Positions 56,606 through 64,000 of a stretch of 64,000 nt of DNA are shown here, piece by piece. The notes under the pieces were generated by a model. The model did not search any database. It had not been told where the DNA came from and worked only from the letters and a program-made list of their open reading frames with translations. The stretch lies in the NCBI GenBank assembly GCA_964016885.1, contig OZ024740.1, positions 103,354,001-103,418,000 on the forward strand, read 5' to 3'. Both the position numbers and the translations under genes were made by a program. Source of the stretch: Eledone cirrhosa. Taxonomy: Eukaryota. Positions within the stretch are counted from its first letter, which is position 1. Each line of letters begins with the position of its first letter.

Positions 56606-59600
56606 TAATCATTCATTCATACTTTCTATGGGAAAATATATTGATAGGTAAATGTATCTACCTACATATTGTGAGCGAGCTAAGTTACCCATGATGCAAC
56701 GCGCCTGACCTTGTCAGTACTGTATTGCCACAGCTAATACATTGTACGAACCATGTGTATGTTCCTCACCAACAAAATCAACAAATTTTATTACTTATAT
56801 GAATCTGATTTCCATATACGCACGTCTGACCAATTAGTAAGATCTTTTAGCTATAGAAGGACACAAAATATAGGAGAATAATGCCCAAAGGAAAGAGAAA
56901 AAGTAAGTTTTCTTTCGCAATTTTTGCAGGCGTGAGCATTTTGTGGCTATAAAATGGGTAACCTGTTTGAATAGTTTCAGAGGTGTAAAACTGTTCCCCG
57001 TCTTTTTGTCCGCTTACGTTGCTTATTGACACCAGTTGCTGTGGCATGGCCGGCTTAATTACTACAAATGTGGCGGGATTTCACATGATTCATACACTTG
57101 ACTTCCCTCACCAATTTTTCTCACAGATATTTCATTCCTTTACTTCCTACCAATACATTTTATCATCTATGGGGGCACATTATTTTTTTTTACTTGGTTA
57201 CTGTTCATTAAAAAATACCATTGATATATATTATATTAATACACATGTCATCTAAACACGAGGTACATCGTATTATCTCGGCAACAATTCTTAGTTTAAT
57301 TAAATGAATAAAGTCGTTTTTGCTTGTTCTGTAGCGAGGTATGTGGTTGTCTTAGCAATTTACCATGTGGTAATATATTTAGCGTGCGTTAATATATTTG
57401 GTATATGTTAATCTATTTACGGTGTGCTAATACAGTAAACGATAGAACATCCACGCGTTCGTTTGACTTGCTAGAAATAGCAAATCACACAGTATCGTTT
57501 TAAATATGGAGGGGATACATTGGACGTGATGGTCACGGCTGAAATGCTTTGATCATACATCTAATCGGCCATGGATGATCTGGGACTAAACAACTGTTCG
57601 GGATTACGGGTTTGGTGTAATAGTAGTTGTACACCCACACACATCTTGATGTGATGTAAGATAGTCAAATGCCATAGAAGGTGATCCATCTAACAAAAAC
57701 CAATGTGATAAGCTCTAAATAGACTTAAGGCACATTAGATAAAGGATTATTATTATGAATAAATGATAATAAAGAAATAAGTATTTTATTCATGTCCATA
57801 TCAAATCATTCCACTTTTTTACGTAATTTAACACAGACTAAACAAAACAATGTTCAGTTTTTTTATTCTAGTTATTCCGTTTTGTGTGGATACGGAGCAT
57901 GTTTCCTTGTGACTTAAATCGTTTGGCTTTTATTTTGAGACGGTTGGGGGCTCAATGATTGCCTAGAAATCCGTTGACCACGTGTGGTCGATATATATTA
58001 AGTACATGTGTGTCGTCTGCTGAACTCTAGCTGGTTTCACTATAAGTGATCTTATAGCATGTGGTGATGGATTCCTCTAATTACTGTTGCAGCTAACTTA
58101 CCTTGTACGTACATATCTCTCATTCCCTATTTCTGCCTTTATAATAAACGTTTTTCAAGAAACTCTCTGAAGGCAAACTGATTCCGTTTTCATCTGATTA
58201 CAACCAACCTTATAACTTCCACGATTAACACCGAGGAACCCTCTACGCGGTGCGTGATTTGCTAGATATAAAGCCTAAATTCCCTCACTTTACCACATCA
58301 CACCTTTAAAAAGGACAGGATATAAAAATGAAGGTTGATTCTTGGACAAAAGCTAAGAGTTTTTTTTTTTTACTGAATAAATGATGTCCAAATCCATTGA
58401 TAACGGTTGATTCATATCCATCCCAACCAGGACAGTCCAATGCTATAAAGAAGGCCATAATTTAGAAAAGCAATTGCTTCTTTAATTGCTGTTAATCGCT
58501 CTCCTATTAATATTTGATACAGCTAGGTGGTTTTGGTTAATAACCATGCTTTCTCCACATGAATTATGAAAGTAATTATCGCAAAATATTTGGTGGCTCC
58601 GATGAAATAACAGAAACACCACATAGGATGCTTTAAAGTATCTCACCGGCTATTTTCATTCGTCAAACCACAAAATCTACATATTTGTACGTAAACACAC
58701 ATACCTACCACTCTAGAAACTTGGACTATGCGTCTCAAGTTCTCTTGTACCTCTTATGTCAGCATAGTTGGTTAACTTATAATTCCCCTGTTCCTAAATA
58801 ATAGTACATCTCCCCCTTGTCAGTGCTCCTCTTTAGCTAAAAATATTTTCATTGTTTTACCCCTTTATCTCTGTTAAACACCCATCCGCTTACAAAGATA
58901 TAATTTTTCGGTTTTATAAAGTTTAGCAGCAGTTAAAAGATGTAACAGATGTTTCACTTAGACTACATTGCTAATGATAATTTCTAACTTGAGACAAAAG
59001 ACCTTAGATTTGACAGGGAGGGTTTATAGTTTTGATCGACCCCAGTATTGGATTGATTGGTATTTTATTGACTGAAAGGATAAAAGGCGAAGTCAACCTT
59101 GGCGACATCTGAACTCGCAATGTAAAGGCATGTAATTAAATATCGTAAGGCATTTTGTCAACATTTTACAATAATAATAATAATAATAATAATTATGGTG
59201 CTGCAGTTGGTGAAAGTAAACTTATTACATGATTGGTACATTTCTGTTAGGAATCTTAACTTGGTTACCGAGTAATTTTTCTGGGAAAGACTACTATATC
59301 GCCCTTTTTTTACATCTGATGGAGATGAAAATCGAAGTCGATCTACGAAGAGTTTGAACTTAGAATCTAATAATAGTTGTTTATTTTTACCTTTTCACAA
59401 AGTACGTGATGTTGTTTAGCCCCAGTTTCATCTTCGTCAAGCAGGTTTATGATCAAAATCGTTCTGGTTGCGACTATCTTGTCTTTTTTTCTTTTCGTTG
59501 TATTTAGGGCTACACTATCTAGTGTCCTTCATTTTAAAGATAGTATGGCTTGATTTACTGGAATTAAACTATTTTTAGTAGGTCGAACGGCCACGTAGTG

Positions 59601-62600
59601 GTTCGCTCGTTGATTAGCCCTAGGTTCGTCGGATTCTAGCGGACCTATTATAATCGAAGGTGTTTTGTTCATGACCATTCCGTCTACATTCAACCCAGGA
59701 CCACATCATCAAACGGGTCTTTCTTTTCATGGCTGTGGGGTATGATTTAAAGGAGATACAACTGCTATTTCTAACCGGTCGAGCGATCAGAGCTAACGAG
59801 GGATCGTTAGCTCTGATCAATTTGATATTAACACTGCGTTCTTGGTCTTGGCTTACGTTTTGCACTAGGACACTCACCTAATGTTTTTTTTTTTTTATAT
59901 TAATAAAAGATCACATATTTTGAGGTGAAGGAGTTTTGTTTAGTAAAATCTATCTCAATTGAAGGCGCTGTAATTTCAACAGGGTTTGAACTCGAAATAC
60001 TTTACTGTATACAACGCTTTACGGTTTCGTCAAATTCGCTATGCTTAGATTATTTTTGCCCGTTCTATTGGTGTTACTAATCAAGAATTCAACTGAGTAA
60101 AATTACATGTAATTTAATGTTTTCCTCGGCTGTATTTGTGTGTGAAACTTACATACACGAGAAGATAGTTTCTGTCTAGTTTTTTTTCCCTGGTACCATA
60201 TATATATATATATATATATACACACCCACACATGTAACGACACGTCGTCTTGTTTTGCCTCCTGTCCGTATGGCATAATCTAAACTTGAATGTCTTCTTA
60301 ACCTGGCCTATTTATAACTTTTCTAGTCTGTGGCTTCCCCTTTTCTCCTAACACTTGGGATATCCATCCTTGACGGACGGTAACTTACGTAATTATAAAA
60401 TTCTGACCCGTTTTTCAACACCATTAAAATTTTGTATGTATTGCAAGTTGGCCCACGTGTACAACTCTTTATCACCACCACCACCCCATCATCCAAAATG
60501 TCAGCTGGTCTCTTGCCTCATCTGCTATCATCCATTCATATTTTACATTCAGCTTACATAATAATCACCTTGCGTTTATAGTCACGTCTGTTTTTCTCAA
60601 AATAATTGTTTCTACTATTGGCACAAGGCCAGCAAATAACCGGTACATTACTGGTACTTTATTTTATCGACACCGTAAGGATGAAAGGCAAAGTTAACCT
60701 CGGCGGGATTTGAACTCAGAATGGCAAGGGCCGTGACTGTTTTTCTCAAAATAATGTATTTGGCTTTGCCTCTACCTGCCATTTATTTGTGTCTTAGACC
60801 ACGCCGTTTTTCATTTTTAATCTCATTTGTTTTGTTTTTCTTCTAAATAATTTACTTTTGTTTCAATTTGCTTCTGTTGGCTAGTTTTCTCTTCTGTGTT
60901 CTATTTGCTTTTCAGCTATAATCTCACCTCACTTATAGTTACATATTTAGCGAAGATAACTGAGAGAGATAACAAGCATGTTGCTAGTTTATTCGTTTAT
61001 AAATCACACTCATATTTGCAGTATCCGATTTAGGCATAAGCCAAGCAAGCTACAGCTTTCAGGCCCTCACAATTCACAAGAACCTCAAAATAGTTAAAAC
61101 ACCTATAAAGTGTTCAATATTTGTGCGATATGGTGTAATTAAAAAAAATAATAAGGTACTCCAAGCTTTATATAGCTTGGGACCTCGCCAAGACTAAATT
61201 CAACAATGCGTCTTTGTTGTACGCAACAGACAGCTGTGTTAAGAATTTCGCTACGCAATCCGTTGGTTCCAAGTTCGATCCCATTAAACATTTGCTTATG
61301 ATTCTTTCAAGATCGATAAAATAATTACATCAGCTGACTACTGAAGTTGATTAAATCGACTGCACCTCTTCCCCCAAACATTGTGCTAAAATAAAAAAAT
61401 TCTTTATAGTAGTGGCAGTGGAAAAAAGGGTTAGGTTTCTGTGGAGATAAGTCCTATTTGATTCCTTATTGAAAGCAATTTCACTTCACTCTTTGGAAAA
61501 GATACGTAAAGAGATAATTGTTATGATAATTATTCGGTGCTGATAAAATATAGTACCAGTCAAATGCTGAGGCTTATCTAATCGACTATACTCCTACCCT
61601 CAAATCTGTGACTTTGTGTCTATATAATAAAGTGTGATTATACTGGTTTGATGGTTGTAGTACACTGATGTGCTTCAAGTTTCTACATCCATTTCACATA
61701 ACTTACGGGACAGGTTTCATTTAGAAAGAATGAGTACCAGTTATCTATTAGACCTATTTCCTAAATTTGTAGCGGGGTACCACCTATGTATGAAATCTTT
61801 ATTTTGCTTTAACTCTTAACATCCTGTGATCATTTAGCACATATTGTCTAAAATCCGGTTCGTTCATTTCAAATGACGAACCTGTTTTTAGATATTTTTA
61901 AATGTTTATAGTATCTTTACTAGTTGACAGATCATTGTGACGATTTGTGATATTAGACTATAAAGACTTTTTAATATGATGCAGTCAGTCGTGTTAAAAA
62001 TAATTAATAATTGTGCATATGCATGGTTGTTAACTCTTAACATTTAGCTGAAAATATTTAAAATACGGGTTTGTTAATGCAAATGTTTATAGTATATTCA
62101 TTGTGAAAATTTGTAATATTAGAGTAAAGAAATTAATTTTTCATGTCATGCAGCCGTAGTGCTATTTTTTTGCTTTTTAAGACTCTCTTGCCCATGTGAT
62201 TTCATTGGCTACAGGATATTGAGTTCATTTAAATTGTCTTTATATTGTGAAAACCATTTTATCATTTTCATTGAACGACACTGCTTGTGGTTTTCAAATA
62301 ATTTTGAAAATAATCAAGAATTTGGAGGGGTTTAACTAATTTTCTCATTAAGCAGATGTTTGGTACAATGGTTACTGCAATAAAACTATACTTGAAAGAT
62401 TTTTTCAGATAATATAAACAGTTTTGTATTATGAACCAGGGTTGATTACAGGTGATCTGGTACCAAAAGGATTAAATATATCCTCTAGTTGAGTTCTACC
62501 TGAACTTGTTACTTCTACCTTTATGTTTTGTCAACTGTTTGTTTTCCTGATATATTTTCAGAATGATGTATTCTGTTATTAAATATGTGTTTATTGTTTT

Positions 62601-62739
62601 AAAAAGTGATATAAATGCTTTGAGGAAAGTAACCACAGTTGATATTCAGAAAAGAGTGACAATTTTATATGATGTACCCATTATAAACTAGTGATGGGTA
62701 CATAAAGATTTAATGAGATCACAGGTAGGCTGTCAGGCA

Positions 62740-63312
62740 AGGTGGATTGCAAATGTACAGGAGTAGCTAAATTAGTAAGAATACATAAGATAAATTCCTT
62801 CAAATGTTCAGAGGTAGTTGATATTTTTTGTTAACTAGATGATCTAATTAGCTGTGGATGTAGTGAAATCATAGTTAGAACAAGAACAGGATAGAAAAAG
62901 TCCAAGGAGCCAGTCTTGACTAGCAACAAAGGGTTTCTCTCAGATTCAAAGTAAGATTGTATGATGCCTATGTACAAAATGCTAAGCTGCATTGTAGTGA
63001 GACATGGGTCTTCAATATGGAGGATTTGCAAAAGTTGGAAAGAAATTAGGCAAACTTGCTCCACTGTATCGTTAATGATGGAGCACAAATGAACTCAGAA
63101 GAATCAGATAGATTATGCTGATGCAGGTGTGTGATCCTTATGGAGGATACTAGTTCTATAAAGAAGTACTGGGCACTGAAAGTGGATGGAATCTGTAGAT
63201 GACCTGGTACAAAATGGTGAAAACTAATCTCAAGATACCAAGCCTGACAAAAGAGTGGAAAGCACCTGCCCAACCCATGCATACATGGAAAAATGGACAT
63301 AAAATGAATATA
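62740..63312 (+). mobile_element. Old degenerate RTE 3' fragment
   Basis: Remnants of LD.LISCGCSE..RTRTG, SETW and a catgcatacatggaaaaatggacataaaatg tail. Confidence 0.75.
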
Positions 63313-63945
63313 AGTGATTGAGATATATATTTTCTCCATTGGATCTGTTCAGTCCTTCCCCTTATAACATCACATTTCTTTATTGCTCGTCATAACTCTG
63401 TTTCACTCTTTACCCCCTCTCCTATCACTCATTGACATTTATTCCTCACACTCTCTTACTATATTTATGCTGTCCATCTCTCTCTGGTCTTTCATCAACC
63501 TCTTATATCAGTCAGGGATGAGTCAACTCTGATACTGTTGAGCAATGAATGGAGACAATCTACAGGAGAGAGAACTGAGGACATAAAAACTTATCTAATG
63601 ATGTTGCAATAAAATTCATTCAGTACATTGTAAAATAATTGGTGATAAAAAGGGCATCTAATGTAATGTATAAGCAAATTACAGTTCCCAACCCCTTCTA
63701 GGAATACAATAACTTTGTATAAAAACTTAATCAATAACGACCTATGCCAGCATAGAAAATAAACAAACAGTGATGATGATGATTTATAAGTATTTACTTA
63801 CACTTGCACACCTGTGCTGGTGATATATATAATAGTAAATAAAATAACTTTTTCATGTCTACTATAATAGAATTTGTGGCTGTGTAAGACGTGTGTGTAT
63901 CATCATCATCATTTAACGTCCATCTTCCACTCTAGCATGGGTGTT

Positions 63946-63993
<48 letters not shown>

Positions 63994-64000
63994 CACACAC

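Noticed and set aside
59870-59885. Donor-like AG|GTGAGT on minus strand
   Set aside because: No supporting exon or ORF upstream.

Overview
Eukaryotic, very AT-rich genomic DNA; the SINE and RTE families point to an octopod cephalopod (inference). Bases 1-40.8 kb are a nest of young retroelements stacked into (TA)n microsatellites, including a ~4.5 kb TA tract with a 200-N gap. They comprise RTE LINEs of at least three 3'-end families, tRNA-derived SINEs, Naiad-like Penelope-like elements (PLEs) with inverted 5' ends, and many short non-coding PLE/retrozyme-like inserts. Reading both strands by eye gives about 21 type I hammerhead ribozyme (HHR) motifs from roughly 11 unrelated sequence contexts, several with non-canonical cores (U3:A8, A4, C4). 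In two inserts the inverted terminal duplication ends exactly at the predicted cleavage site, a possible fossil record of in vivo self-cleavage. Bases 38.7-48.4 kb are a nested Gypsy/non-autonomous LTR cluster, and 48-64 kb holds older SINE/MITE relics and a folded-back Merlin transposase fragment. Host signals: a candidate first exon at ~35.5 kb (minus) and a 409-aa single ORF at 55.1-56.3 kb with a HEXIM-like C-terminal motif. All calls are by eye; no searches or folding were run.
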